DNA of 64,000 nucleotides from Octopus vulgaris. Lineage: Eukaryota. Positions 12,931-27,080 of this stretch are shown piece after piece; position 1 is the first letter of the stretch, and each line of letters opens with the position of its first letter. The translations under genes were made by a program, and so were the position numbers. The stretch spans positions 43,090,001 to 43,154,000 of the forward strand of contig OX597815.1 of NCBI GenBank assembly GCA_951406725.2, given 5' to 3'. The notes under the pieces are model-generated. The model was not told the DNA's origin and searched no databases. It saw nothing but the letters and a program-made list of their open reading frames with translations.

Positions 12931-13292
12931 GCTGGCACTACGTTGGTTACGAAGACGAGGGTTCCAGTTTATTTGATCAACGGAACAGCCTACTCTTAAA
13001 ATTATGTGCAAGAGGCTGAGCACTCCACATAGTGAAGGCGCGTGGTTTAGTGACCAGGATATTTGACTTACGATCGTAAGGTCGTGAGTTCGATTTCCGG
13101 CGGCGTATTGCTTCCTTGAGCGCATCACTTTGCTCCAGCCAACTCATGAATACTACCTGTAACTCAAAAGACCAACCCTGTCACATTGAGTGTCACGCTG
13201 AATCTCCATGTGAAATACGTTAATGGTACTCGTGTATGTGGCGTGCTCAGCCACTAGCACGTTAATTTCGAAGACGTATCTGACAGAGTGCC
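12931..13292. mobile_element. SINE family C: inverted 3' tail (12931-13030) adjacent to a plus-strand copy (13035-13292)
   Basis: tRNA head GGCGCGTGGTTTAGTG...GAGTTCGATT. GTGCAAGAGGCTGAGCACTCCACA and TGTGGCGTGCTCAGCCACTAGCAC are near reverse complements. Confidence 0.7.
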
Positions 13293-13644
13293 GGTTATGT
13301 GTGTGTGTGTGTGTGTGTATTTGTGTGTGTGTTTGTGTGTGTGTTTGTGTGTTTGTGTGTGTGTGCCAAAAGTAAAACCAATATGTGCTTTAATGCGGTC
13401 TGTGGCTGGATGAGAGAAATGAACGAGCGAAAGAGAGAATAGTTTGCGGTTCAAATTCCACTAAGTTTGATTGAATTCGCTTTCTGTTCCTTTAGGGTTC
13501 ATGAAATAAACGCCAACTAAATACGGGGGTCGGTTTAATTGACTACAACGCTCCGCTAGAATTTGTAGCCTCGTGCAAATATTGGCAATCAATATTTTAC
13601 TTAATTTAAGGTACGTGACAGAGTGCCTGGTATTCATTTGCTCT

Positions 13645-13880
13645 AAGGCAGCGAGCTGGCAGAATCGTTAGCACGCCGGGCGAAATGCTTAGCCGTATTT
13701 CGTCTGCCGTTACGTTCTGAGTTCAAATTCCGCCAAGGTCGACTTTGCCTTTCATCCTTTCGGGGTCTATTAAATAAGTACCAGTTACGCACTGGGGTCG
13801 ATATAATCGACTTAATCCGTGTGTCTGTCCTTGTTCGTCCCCTCTGTGTTTAGCCCATTGTGGGTAGTAAAGAAATAGGT
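13645..13880 (+). mobile_element. tRNA-derived SINE, family B, full length
   Basis: AAGGCAGCGAGCTGGCAGAATCGTTAGC...GAGTTCAAATTCC...GCCTTTCATCCTTTCGGGGTC.AT.AAATAAGTACCAG. A degraded copy lies at ~13400-13600. Confidence 0.9.
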
Positions 13881-13999
13881 ATTCATATGCTCTGTGAGTA
13901 AATAGGTACAAGTCAATTAGGGGATTTATTTAAGTCAATACAATTTGACCCTTCTGTACAAATATATCGTATGATGCCAACATTAAGCAATCAATATTT

Positions 14000-14232
14000 A
14001 AGTGTATTTCGTCTGCCGTTGCGTTCTGAGTTCAAATTCCGCCGAGGTCGACTTTTCCTTTCATCCTTTCGGAGTCGATTAAATAAGTACCAGTTACGCA
14101 CTGGAGTTGATGTAATCGACTTAAATCCTTTGTCTGTCCTTGTTTGTCCCCTCTATGTTTAGCCCCCTGTGGGCAATAATGAAATAAATAATTTTTTAAA
14201 GTTAAGCGGCGAGCTGGCAGAAACGTTAGCCT
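14000..14232 (+). mobile_element. SINE family B, 5'-truncated copy plus a head fragment
   Basis: Highly similar to 13696-13880; head fragment GCGGCGAGCTGGCAGAAACGTTAGC at ~14206-14230. Confidence 0.85.
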
Positions 14233-16273
14233 TATAGGTTGTAGCCTTGTTCTAAAGTGAGAAATTAATATTACATTAAAGGAATTTATTCGAATAAATA
14301 AGGGGGCTTACATTTTTTTTAAGAATAAGAAAAGGATCACTGAATTACTTGAATAAATATCAGTTTTCGTTTTACAGCATTTTGTGTTTTGTAATCGCCT
14401 TAAACTGTGGCACTATTAAGCATTTACCATTCCAGGGTTCTTCCTTTTATTCTGTGTTTCGTTTGCTCCACACTTAAAAGCAAAAGGATAGTAATAAATA
14501 CAAAAAACGAACTAATGTAAACACCAAGATCAATTTTACACAGGAGTAGTAATGTGTGCACGTCATACGAAACTATCTTGCGCTATAGTCTGTGTGTCAC
14601 TAAAGCAATTAGATTAGATGCTTGAATTATGTTTCTCATTATACTTAAACAGACAACCATTTGTATACCTCTCTTACCAATGTAAAACGAAGAATTGGGA
14701 ATCCAGATTGAGAGATTTAACGGTGTGAAATTACATGCCTAATTGAAGCCTCCAGGTCATTGGAAGGGAAGATCTATTTTGCATATCCTTTCTAGATGTG
14801 TATTTCTTGTAAAAGCAGACTAACGAAATTGTATATGCTTAATGTAGAAAATTATTGCATGTATACATTTAAAATATGTCCAAAAACCGTTTATATATTT
14901 CCATTTGTGTATTAAAACGGATTTTAATGTTATTAGCAACATGATAATATTGCCATGTAGCATTTATAAGACCAAAATCAGAGGATCGTGTATTACAAAT
15001 AATCTACTTGGATAATCTACAATAATCTACAATAATATATATGATCCGTTTGTAATTTATGTTTAAGATAGTTGGCCTCCATGGAATAAAAGGCAAGCTT
15101 ATAGCAATTAAAACTTTTAAACCGGTTTTATTTCTATTCTAGAGCCATATTTGCTATCCACATCTTCAAAGCCCTTTTAGTAAAAGCACCAACTTCGCCA
15201 CCATCTGTTTTCTAATGCCAGGCCACAGTTATGCATAAGAAATATAAACAATATTGGAGAAGGTGATACTCAGAGCTTGCTTCCACCTTAAAATTCATTA
15301 AGTAGAATCCTAGATACGATTTTATTGGCCTATATCCTACCATTAATCAGTAAAAAATCAAAACAGGAAACAGTCTGTACTTAGTTACAATAAATCGAAT
15401 AGTTACGAAGAAAGGAGCTAAAGATAGTTGATAAATTGCTGTACAACTAACCAAAAGCTCAGTGATTCATGTCCAGTTATTTGCGCTACACTTTGCTTTT
15501 AGTCAAAAGCTTTACATCACATAACATATTTATCTGTAAATAGATACCATACAGCGGTATATCTATTTTAAGCAATAGCATTGCTTCAAAATTGACAAAG
15601 GTTTCCTTAATTTTTCAATACTTAAGTCAATTTCTCTCATAGCTCTGACTACAATGGCTGATGAGTCCTACAGTTCACATCTATATACCCAAATATATAG
15701 TTGAAAGAGTCATAGTCTTTGACCTTTAAACTTATAAATTGGAGGGCATCTTTCTCTTTTTTTTTGTTGCATACCGGCGTCCATATAAGATGCTTAACCG
15801 TTTCAATATTTTGTCCATAAGTAACACTACTCTCGATTTCAGACACAATAACAAACGCACATACATACATACATACATACATACATACATACATACATAC
15901 ATACATACATACATACATGCATGCATGCACGCATGTGTGTATGTATGTGTGGAGAGAAAGGAAAAATTTAAATTGATAGTGAAAACGTCTTTAGAATTGA
16001 TGCTAAGTTACGGGATTTGTGAAAACCTCACACAGAAATTTACAAATCTGGAACGAATTTAGTGATGAATATTAACTGGAAGTGCTTCCGAAAGGAATCG
16101 AAACTGTGCTGCATCCACAAAACACTGATCACCGTTCAACTAATTTCATAAGAATCACTGAATATTATATTTATCGAAATTTTAGATCTCAAGTTTAATT
16201 CAAATTTCTGTCACAAACCCAATCCCCTCTATCTGTCTATCCGCCCGTCCGTCTTTGTCTGTCTGTCTGTCTG

Positions 16274-16356
<83 letters not shown>

Positions 16357-16754
16357 TTATCTATCTATCTATCTCTTTACACACGCACATATGTTTTAAT
16401 TTGTTTCATTATGGTGCCTGTTTCATTTACAGAATCTTTCTCTCAGCCTATTTTCCTCATGTTATCTACCTTTCCATCTAGTTTCGTATAAATCTTTCTC
16501 TACCTTCCAACATTTTCCTTCCTACCTTATCTTTTTGTTTAACAATATTTACGCTTGTTAACCATTTTCTCTTCATGCATTTACATTATTCCTCGCTGCA
16601 TGGTCCTATTACACACATACATGCATGCATACATACATATATACATACATACGTGCATATGTACATGCAAACATGTATACATATATATATGTATATATAT
16701 ATGCATATATACATAATTGTCTGTGTGTATATATATGTATGTGTGTGTGCGTGC

Positions 16755-16813
<59 letters not shown>

Positions 16814-16956
16814 CATGATTGCTTTCCCCTTCCTTTTATTCCGTTTTCTCACTCTCTGTCTGTCCCCTAACTGATATTTCTCTATTCTTCACGTACATCT
16901 GTTAACACTTAATAGAAAGCTATATGTATGTATGTATATACATCCTTCCACACACA

Positions 16957-17021
<65 letters not shown>

Positions 17022-17519
17022 ACACACACACTCAAATGAAGGGAAGCCTTCGCTCGATATCCACAATAATTTCTTGTAAGTCAGGTACTTTTCAGGCTCA
17101 GTTGGAAAAGAAAACGAGAATTCAGGACAAAGATTTTGGGGGTGCGTAAAATGAGGTACGGAAACAGAAGTAGAAAGGAGGGGGAGTGTGGGAGAGGGTC
17201 TAAAAGGAAATAAAAATAAAGAACATAATAAGAAAATGAGGGAGGGGGTTGAATTAGCATTTGGTTGCGAATAGTAAAACAGAAATAAACAAAGATATTG
17301 ATAGGTATGGACGGAGAGAGAGGAAGGTATAAAGTAGAAGAAAGAAATGCGAGAAATGCAAATTAACAGAGTAAAGGAAAATAGGAAAAGTATGAGATAG
17401 CTAGGTGAGAGTTTGAATGTAACAAACAGTAAAGATAAACCAATGTTTACATATAGAGACGGAAGCATGAAGTGTCAGAGAAAAATGAGATAAACAAAGG
17501 AAGATAAATTGGAAGAATG

Positions 17520-17598
17520 AGATGGATAGATAGATAGGTAGGTAGGTAGGTAGGTAGGTAGGTAGGTAGGTAGATAGATAGATAGATAGATAGATGAC

Positions 17599-17647
<49 letters not shown>

Positions 17648-17711
17648 TGATAGATAGATAGATAGATTGATTGATGGATAGATAGATTGACAGATAGATA
17701 GGTAGTTGGAT

Positions 17712-17766
<55 letters not shown>

Positions 17767-17794
17767 GAGAGATAGACAGGTAAATGGATGGATG

Positions 17795-17870
<76 letters not shown>
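17520..17870. repeat. (GATA)n/(GGTA)n tetranucleotide array
   Basis: Seen directly. Confidence 0.95.
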
Positions 17871-17871
<1 letters not shown>

Positions 17872-18188
17872 GTTTCTTTATTGGCCACAGAGGGCTGCAC
17901 ACAGATGGGACAAGTTACAAGGTAGAGCTTTTCTTTTGGAGGAGAAAAAAGGTGGCGTAGGTTTTCGATCAAAAGGGATCGTAAAAGGGAAAAAAGAACA
18001 AAAAAAAGAAAAAAAGAAAAAAAAAAGGAAAAGAAAAAAAGGGAAAAGGAACAAAAGAAAAGAAAAATGAAAAAAGAACAAAAAAGAGGAAAAAAGTGGA
18101 AGAGAAAAAAAAACGATCAATAGGGATCGTGTATCACAGTGCCATGATGTATGGTGTAAAGAGGAAAGCAAGTAAGGTTTATCCGTGG

Positions 18189-18190
<2 letters not shown>
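17871..18190 (-). mobile_element. Second copy of the non-LTR 3' UTR, embedded in (GATA)n
   Basis: Reverse complement of 2995-3230; (GATA)n on both flanks. Confidence 0.65.
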
Positions 18191-18258
<68 letters not shown>

Positions 18259-21147
18259 CAGAATGCAAATGTCAAAAAGAAAGTTGAGGATGTAATTTGG
18301 TCCCTATTTTTAATAGGAAAACTTAAAGAAACCTATAAAATTAATCAGCATATACCAACTTATGTTGGTATATATATGGCAGGAAAAGTAACATACATTT
18401 GCGTAAGATTTTAAATTTACGACTCTAAAAATATAACGATCTACGGACCGCACATAACTAATTAGGGATTACACACTATGTTTCGGAATCAATTAAATTA
18501 AGTTTTATATATAAACAGCACCAACAAACGTATGCAGTAAATTGTAATACAATAACTATAGATAGCTATTATCTATAGATAATAACTATAGATAGCTGTT
18601 ATCTGTATATGTGTGATATATAATTCTATCAAATTATTTCCAGTTCAAGCATGTGGTCTTGCCTGAAAAAGGATATTAGAATAGCCTCATAGCATTTTCT
18701 CCGTCACGTTACTGAAACTTTAAGAAGGAAGAATTGAGAAAAGTGTCATTATTAGCCCTGCCTTTTACCGTATTCTTGTTCGTAACATGATTGTGTTCCT
18801 GTTTAAGCTTTCCATTATCTATAGTTAGGCTTTCTTTCGTAAAAGAACATTTTAACTGTAGTGAAGCCTTCTAGAGTAAACCCACTGTAGTGTTTTGTCC
18901 TGGAAAATGAAGATGACACTACAGTGAGAGATCTCAAATGTATTGAGCAACCGACATATTAAGTTATGACGAGAACGAAAATAGTTACACTGATAATTAT
19001 GTGTATGGCTTAAAGAGTGTAAATAAATAATGTAGGAACTATGCATAGCCCTCATTTGTTTAATAATCATATTTCACCAACTGTTATCTAAGGATAGCTC
19101 TTGGCACTTAGAGAGATATATGAAACCATAATTCATGAATAAATTCTTTAAGTTTTGTATCATATTTATTCAAGCACCAGGCCTTTATATCATCATACTA
19201 ATTGACAACTGAGGAAGCATTAGTATCTTTGATTCGGTAATAACTAATCTCAATTACCACTTGGATTGTATAACATTGAATGCTGCTTGAATAGAGATTA
19301 ACAGAAGACTAGTTCGGATAATTTCTCATTTTCAAATAACAAACCAACAATTATGGAAATGAGTGATATTTCTGGCTCTCACTTCGCATTTGATATTTCG
19401 TAGTTTAGCTTTTAAATGTCAAAAGTTTTTTAATTTAAATTTTCAAAACACCAAACAGTAATTATTCTATATCAAACTATTGACCATTTTTTTTTATTCA
19501 TTAATTATTAGATTCCCTAAAAATATATTTTGCATTTTTATATTTTAATACATCAATTACTAAAATATTTGTAGCTAATGAGAATGATTTTTCCGAATTA
19601 CAAGACTAAAAGTGAAACGGATCTAAGATGAATAAAATTATATATACGAAGGTTCATTGTTGAGGTATAGAACTCGTCACTCTATGTGGATAACAAACAT
19701 TAATTCATAGTGCCGCTTATGACGCCGAAATACATGTTTGATACTTAATTCGAGTGAAATTGACTTACTTATTCAGAGATTATTTAGTTGAGAACAAGCC
19801 TCACACACTGCCTCTAGTACAATATGTGCGAACCACTACACATTTAGTCCTCTCGGCATTCCTGAGAATCTAGTATACCGATATCTTAAAGACTTTATAT
19901 ATATATATAAATCGAAAATAGATAGACGGATAAATAAATAGATTTTTAAAAAGTGGACCTCAGCATTGAAATAATCAAACTAAGAATTTGTAATAAAGGT
20001 TTCAGTAAGTAGAATTCTTAACTGAACAAATACAAAAGGCACAGCATTAGACTAATATCAGATTTTCATAAAGGATATAGATGGGATTTCGAAGAAGTAA
20101 ACAAAGTGTGCGGATAGATGAACGTACCAGAAAACTTTTATAAAAACATGCATTTCATGAAAAAGTTTCATTTACAAGAAATATATAACGTATATCAAAG
20201 TAATTATTTTGAAATACATATGGAAATAATTACAGTCACAAGCGTTAATCATGAGAATAATTACAGCTACCAGCATTAATAATTATAAACAGATACTAAG
20301 TCTCCTTTAATAAATTAGATAGGTTCGTGAAAAGCGTTTGAGGAGAAATAGCGGTAAGTAAGACGACCCCAAATAGACCAAACATAACGCAAATATAACG
20401 CATACAGGAATCCCTTTAAAGTAAAAGAAATTCGCTCTTCGATTGCCGTTGGTTCGGGGCTATAGTAGAAGACACTTGCCTAAGGTGCCACGCAGTGGGA
20501 CTGAACCCGGAACGATGTTTTTGGGAAGCAACCCACCACACAGCCACATATAATTACAGCAACGATACTTCTGAGTTCAAATCTCTTCAGAGATAACTTT
20601 ACTCTTGATAGCTCAGTAACCGTATATTTAGTATCACCGCTAAAAAAAGAAAATATAAGGAAATCAGTAGAAGTTTTTATGGTTCTCATAGTTGCTCTTG
20701 TTTTGTCTCAGATCAACCCTCAACTGTGATAAAAGGTGTTCCAGTTGTAACCTTGTAATTTTGTATCTCAAGGATTACATTGCCAAATGTACCTATCTTT
20801 TTTCTAATCGACAGAATGTAATTTGAGGGGGATTTGACAGTTGTTTTTAAGAGGTAAAATATTCGCATACAAAACTCCTCTTTAACAAATCATACAGGAA
20901 TCTGAGATGATGTAAAAAGTATCGTTTTCAGAGATATATAAGAAAGGAAAATAAAAACATGCTCAGTGTTACAATTATAGATATACAATAAACTTTCATT
21001 TAAGCTCATTTTAACTTTTTTGAATAATATTAATGCTTTAAAACCTACAGTATAAATCTATCTAAGGTAACGTTGAATTCAGTACTTTAACATATTCTCA
21101 CAAAAATAACTAAACAAAAATTAGTACTTTTGATCAGTTTTATATCG

Positions 21148-22901
21148 TACAAGCAGAAATACCCGGCGTTGGCCGGTTTAAAGAGAATAATGAAATTTTA
21201 AAACGCCGTCTAGATTATGCCGGTCTCAGTTGCTAGTAGCTGAGATACCAACTTTCTACATTAATAACTCTCCAACCCATGCCAGCATGGAACATAGACG
21301 TTAAGTGAAATGTTAAAAGAAAATTTTCAACTCATATACGTATATAAAGTAAATACATGTAATTCAAAACTACGATTTGTATAGCTTATTTCGTAACCAA
21401 AAAAAAAAAACAGTTACAGATTATAAACAACGAAAGGCCAATGTCTCTCCAGGCCACTTCCTTGCTTTACAATGTATGCACTCAGTTGTCATTGCACCAA
21501 CGGAAACTCTAGTATCATCTGCATAATGAACTGCTGGATCATAATTGAAAGCTGCTTCACACATACTTCTCTGAGCTGTTGCAACTGCTCTTCGTCCTGC
21601 AGTGGAGATCCTATTCCTTGTCAGCCGTACATACCGCTGTTCATCGCTTTGAGATGCTCTGGCTTTTGTAGTGCACAGTCTGTTCGTTTCTTAGTATGCT
21701 TCCCTTTCTGCAGCTGTCTCTCTTTCCTTGGACAGAGACGTTCTTTTGGCTGACCTTGACATTGTAGATAAATACGACACTTTCCTTCTAGTCATGGTTA
21801 TATATGTGTACAGAAATACACGGGTGCAGAAGATAGTAAACAATGAAAATAACTGGGCAACGAAAATTACATTTCTTAATACGACGAGTAGAAAGTAAAT
21901 AAGAAATTTTTACCGAAAATAAAGAATTGAACAGGTTGAAGCGAAATTTGTCACTTAGTGAACCAAAGAGCTAGTATCGAAGAAACCAGAAAAAAGCCGT
22001 TAACAACAGAAAAGCACAAAACCGTTCCAAAAGTAAATAAGAAATTTTTAAGTGTACAGATTTAAGTGAAATTTTTGAAGTTACTTCTGTCAGTAAATTA
22101 TGAACTTACTTTTATCAGTAATTCCGCAAAAAACCCCCACAAAACGTTGCAAAAGTAAGAAAGAAATTTGTAGGCAAATTTAACGAAGTGTACGGATTGA
22201 AGTAAAAGTTATGAAGTTACTTCCGCCAGTAAATTATGTATGTAATTACTTTCTCCAGTAATTGTGAACTTCTTTCTGTCAGTAATTTGTGGTATTTTAT
22301 AAATAGCGATTGAAAGCTTACAGTGAAAACAATAGCGATTGAACTTAAAATGAAAACAATTGCGTCAGAAAATTGTGAAAACAACAGAGAGTGAGTGAGA
22401 TATAGAGAGAGGGAGGGAGGGAGGGAGAGAGAGCTAGCTAGTTAGACAAATAAGATAGATATAGACAGATAAGATATAAGCAGATAGATGCAGAGAGGTA
22501 GAAAGATATAGAGATAGAGATGGATAGAGAGATATAGATAGAGAGATATAAAGATAGATAGAGAGAGATATAGACGTCACTGGCTCTAGAAAACTGGAAG
22601 TAAATATTAAAAGAAACTTTCAAAGACGTAAATCTAATATAAAAAGCAATATTTTAAAATGTTTTTAAACACTAATGGATGTAAGGGAGACAATCAATTT
22701 CTGAAAGTTACTTCGCATAGAGTTACTGTCCTTCTTCACGTTACCTAGGAACGGATGCTTTCAGTCCCCAGGGTCCCGTTACTCATTATGTGAACATTTT
22801 AAGAGTCTAAAACCATCCCTGGAATATAAGTAATGTATGTTCTCAGTTTGGAGAAAATCAGTTGAAAAATACGGCCGTCATAATCTTTTACACACACACA
22901 C

Positions 22902-22955
<54 letters not shown>

Positions 22956-22974
22956 GCACATACACACACACGCA

Positions 22975-23025
<51 letters not shown>

Positions 23026-23045
23026 CGGGATTTATATTATATATT
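21148..23045 (-). mobile_element. Helitron deletion derivative with an N-terminal RepHel fragment
   Basis: Minus 21730-21430 translates ...AAFNYDPAVHYADDTRVSVGAMTTECIHCKARKWPGETLAFRC, the Helitron AFNYDP/IG.M..C.HC.A.K...E motif. The 3' end CCGGCCAACGCCGGGTATTTCTGCTTGT is a hairpin plus degenerate CTAG. The 5' end is ATATAATATAAATCCCGTTCTG(TG)n; subrepeats lie at 21830-22380. Confidence 0.8.
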
Positions 23046-23099
23046 TACAATGATCATATTAAAAGTATATTGGATCAATATTAGAAATATGAAACTAGT

Positions 23100-23450
23100 A
23101 TTAAGTTTCAAATTTTGACACAAGGGCTGCAATTTCGGGGGAGATTACATCGACCCCAGTACTTAATTGGTACTTAATTTATGAAAAGCAAAGTGGACCT
23201 CGGAGGAATTTATAAGGTATCTAATATTATAATTAGGCGACGAGGAAGAATCGTTAGCACACCTGACAAAATACTTAGTGGTATTTCATCGGTTTTTATG
23301 TTCTGAGTCCAAATATCGCCGAAGTCGGCTTTGCCTTTCATCCTATCGAGGTCGATTAAAATAAGTACCAGTTGAAAACAGGAGTCGATGTAATCGACTT
23401 AACCCCTCCCCTGAAATTGCTGGCCTTGTGCCAAATTTTGAATTCAATAT
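23100..23450. mobile_element. Two SINE family B copies head-to-head (minus ~23100-23210, plus ~23235-23450)
   Basis: Both match the family B body and 3' end, in opposite orientations. Confidence 0.75.
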
Positions 23451-23571
23451 TATAATCTGGAAGGGGAGAAAAACCATATTACTTAACGAAAAATATATCT
23501 AACGTATTTAAAAAATAATACTTCGTAACTAGAGGATAAAATATAAAATCGGAGAAGGCGACCACTACAAT

Positions 23572-23758
23572 TTCTTCTTCTTCTTCTTCTTCTTCTTCTT
23601 CTTCTTCTTCTTCTTCTTCTTCTTCATCTTCTTCTTCTTCTTCTTCTTCTTCTTCTTCTTCTTCTTCTTCTTCTTCTTCTTCATCTTCACCTTCTTCATC
23701 TTCTTCTTCTTCTTCTTCTTCTTCTTCTTCTTCTTCTTCTTCTTCTTCTTCTTCTTCT
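23572..23758. repeat. (TTC)n microsatellite
   Basis: Seen directly. Confidence 0.95.
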
Positions 23759-24408
23759 AGCCAGCCATGGTGGGGAGGACGGGGAAGTCCTCGTGTAAAT
23801 TACCGTACCACATTTCTTTCTCACTTCCGCTTTTCGTCGCCATCTCCAATGTTTACTCTCTTCGAAGCAAATTTTCTAAGAAATTTAGAAACAAAAAAGT
23901 TTATATCACCCCCAAAACGTCAGCCCCGCAGAAGGGCGGCTGGCTTGCAAAATGATTGAAACAGCAAAATATAGTATAGAACCTTTTAAACAAGTGAATT
24001 TGTCGTAAACTTACAACGTGCCAAAAACACACCTCCAGCTATGGCGACAATAATTATGATAATATTGATAATAATAATAGTAATAATAATGATGATGATG
24101 ATGATGATGAGGATGAGGATGATGATGATGATGAAGGCAAATTTTCTGTGAATGTTTTAAATTCGGTGAAGGTATTGATTACATTACATCTCGTTCATAA
24201 GAAAGCTATGCTTCAGCAAAGGTAAAAAGTTCTAAAAGAAAAAAAAACAAAAAAAAAACAAGAAGAAACAAGTATTTAGACTTAAATACAAAAACAAATA
24301 TTTGCTGGCTGTAATTAACATTAAACTGACTTGATGTGGTTTTCAATTAGCAAACCCGGGGTTTTATTACTGAATTTCAGTGTTGAGTAATGGATAACGG
24401 ATTTCAAA

Positions 24409-24451
<43 letters not shown>

Positions 24452-24663
24452 AAAAGACAGTCAAGTGTGATACAATAAACAGAATATGTGTATACACAGA
24501 GTTTGTTTATATACAGGGAGTGTATTGCATATACAAAGTATGTGAGAATATGCATGTATATATTCATATAAAGACATATATACACACAAACACACACAAA
24601 TACACATAATTGTAGAGTGACGGTTACAACTTCTAAGTAACTTCGTGTCATAGAATATATCTA

Positions 24664-25228
24664 TTGGGTTGTCCTGAAAGTTCGTGCCGATTTTTAAAGG
24701 AAAGAAAAAGGTCAATAAATACTTGCCATTACCCAAGCTTTACCAGGTGCTCATGAACGACAGATTTTGATAGGTTGAGGCTTTTCGCCAATTCTCGGGT
24801 TGTGCATTATGGGTTATTCTCAATGAATGACTTGATTTAGTCATCATCTGTAGTAGATGGTCTGTCTGATTGCTCTTTATCAATAAAGCTACAATTTCCA
24901 GCTCGGAAACTTGCGAACCACTTCCGTAAGGTTCTTTCGGATAAAGAAACATCACTGTAAACTGCGCATATTTCTTTGGCTGCTTGTGAGGCATTTTTCA
25001 TTTTACGGAAAAAGAAAAGCATCAAGTACCGAAAATGAACTTTCTTATCTTCCATTTTAAAGGGTTACAGAATTAACACAGGTTATAAACCTTCTTCCAC
25101 AAAAAATAGCTTAAACTGTGCTCTAAATGGAGGTGTAATCAAATCCTATTTTATGGACTCAACCATGTTTTATAATAAGTCGAAAGGTAAGCTACTATAA
25201 ATCGGCACGAACTTTCCGGACAACCCAA
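24664..25228 (-). mobile_element. Mariner internal-deletion derivative with both TIRs and TA target duplication
   Basis: TA|TTGGGTTGTCCTGAAAGTTCGTGCCGATTT...AAATCGGCACGAACTTTCCGGACAACCCAA|TA. ORF MEDKKVHFRYLMLFFFRK..NASQAAKEICAVY...RKWFASFRAGN. Confidence 0.95.
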
Positions 25229-25312
25229 TATTTACACTCTATTATGTACTGAATCGTAAATCAGGTGATATAAATTGTTGATGAAATTATACCAAAATGT
25301 ATATTAAACGAC

Positions 25313-25504
25313 TGGAGCAGACATGACAGTGTGCTTAGGAAGCTTGCTTTGCAATCATGTGGTTTCGGGTTCAGTTCCACTGCTCAGGACCTTGATTAAG
25401 TTTCATCTGTTATAAACATTGGGCTGAATAATGCCATATGGGTGAATTTGGTAGACAGAAACTGTGTGGAAGCCCGTCATCTATCTATCTATCTATCCTA
25501 TCTA

Positions 25505-25565
<61 letters not shown>

Positions 25566-25830
25566 GATATATGCATGTGTGTGCGCGTGCGTGTGCGCAT
25601 GCGTATCTTTGAGTCTGTCTTTCTCTCACTCCCTACCAAGACCGATTAAGAACGGTGTTGGTTTTTTCACGTCCTCGTACCCTAGCAGTTCGGTAAAAAA
25701 GGCCGATAAAATAAGTATCAGAATATTTTTTTTTAATCAGTACTATTGTCAAATTTTCGACTATAACCCATCAAGGCACTCCCGAAGCATGACTGCAGTC
25801 CAATAACTAAATCAGATAAAAGAAAAGATA
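25313..25830 (+). mobile_element. SINE family A, diverged, with internal (TCTA)n
   Basis: Head 25313-25480 and tail 25640-25830 match family A. Confidence 0.7.
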
Positions 25831-25902
25831 CACACACACACACATACACACTCACGCACACACGCATACACACACACACAGACACACAGACACACAGACA
25901 CA

Positions 25903-25953
<51 letters not shown>

Positions 25954-26025
25954 GTGTGTAAATACCTCAAGATAGTGCCCAGCATGGCCGCAGTCTAATG
26001 ACTGAAACAAATCGAATGTGTGTAT

Positions 26026-26245
26026 ACTCTTTTACTTGTTTCAGTCATTTCACTGCGGCCATGCTGGAGCACCATCTTTAGTCGAGCAAATCGACCCCGG
26101 GACTTATTCTTTGTAAGCCTAGTACTTATTCTATCGGTCTCTTTTGCCGAACCGCTAAGTGACGGGGACGTAAACACACCAGCATCGGTTGTCAAGCAAT
26201 GCTAGAGGGACAAACACAGACACACAAACATATACACACAAATAC

Positions 26246-26314
<69 letters not shown>

Positions 26315-26470
26315 CGACAGGCTTCTTTCAGTTTCCTTCTACCAAATCCACTCACAAGGCTTTGGGCGGCCCGAGGCTACAGCAGAAGACACTTGCCCAA
26401 GATGCCACGCAGTGGGACTGAACCCGGAACCATGTGGTTGGTTAGCAAGCTACTTACCACACAGCCACTC
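26026..26470 (-). mobile_element. SINE family A, full length
   Basis: High similarity to the reverse complement of 56105-56548. Confidence 0.92.
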
Positions 26471-26544
26471 ATATATGTATATATGCGTGTGTGTGTGAGA
26501 GAGAGATTGAAAGTGTGTGTGTGTGTGAGTGTGTGTGTGTGTGT

Positions 26545-26575
<31 letters not shown>

Positions 26576-26840
26576 AGTGTGTGTGTGTGTGTGAGTGTGT
26601 GTGTGTGTGAGAGAGCACGAAAGTGTGTGAGTGTGTGTGAGTGTGTGTGTGTGTATGTGTGTGTGTATGTGTGATTATATGTATGTATTTACAAACGCTT
26701 GTCTGCTCATATGAATGAAAGCATATATATGCATATCTGTGTTTGTATGTATATGTGTGCATGTGTGTATTTATATTTGTGTGTGTATATATATATATAT
26801 ATTCATATATATATGTTTCACATTTATGTGCTTACTCTGG

Positions 26841-26874
<34 letters not shown>

Positions 26875-27080
26875 ACGGGAAGCTTTATGAAAATAAACAA
26901 AAGACGAAGGCAGGTGGAAAACAAACGAACAATTGTATTAGTATGGCGCTCAGGAAATATAAATAAAACAAGTCTTTAACGTTTCGAGCCTACGCTCTTC
27001 AACAGAAAGATACACAGAGAGAGAAAAACACAGAAAGAAGGACAGAAAAAAAATGCGTGCAGTAGCTAACGAATCAACAT
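26875..27080 (-). mobile_element. Short Penelope-type terminal fragment with a degenerate hammerhead-like motif
   Basis: Minus strand TTGAAGAGCGTAGGCTCGAAACGTTA (palindromic AACGTT stem III); flanked by TA/TATG repeats. Confidence 0.45.

Noticed and set aside
15650-15710. CTGATGAGTCC hammerhead-like box and a short MADESYSS ORF
   Set aside because: No complementary GGAC-GAAA or stem I partner, and the ORF stops after 16 codons.
21830-22380. Spaced short repeats resembling a CRISPR array
   Set aside because: Irregular, degenerate subrepeats inside a Helitron in eukaryotic DNA; no cas genes.
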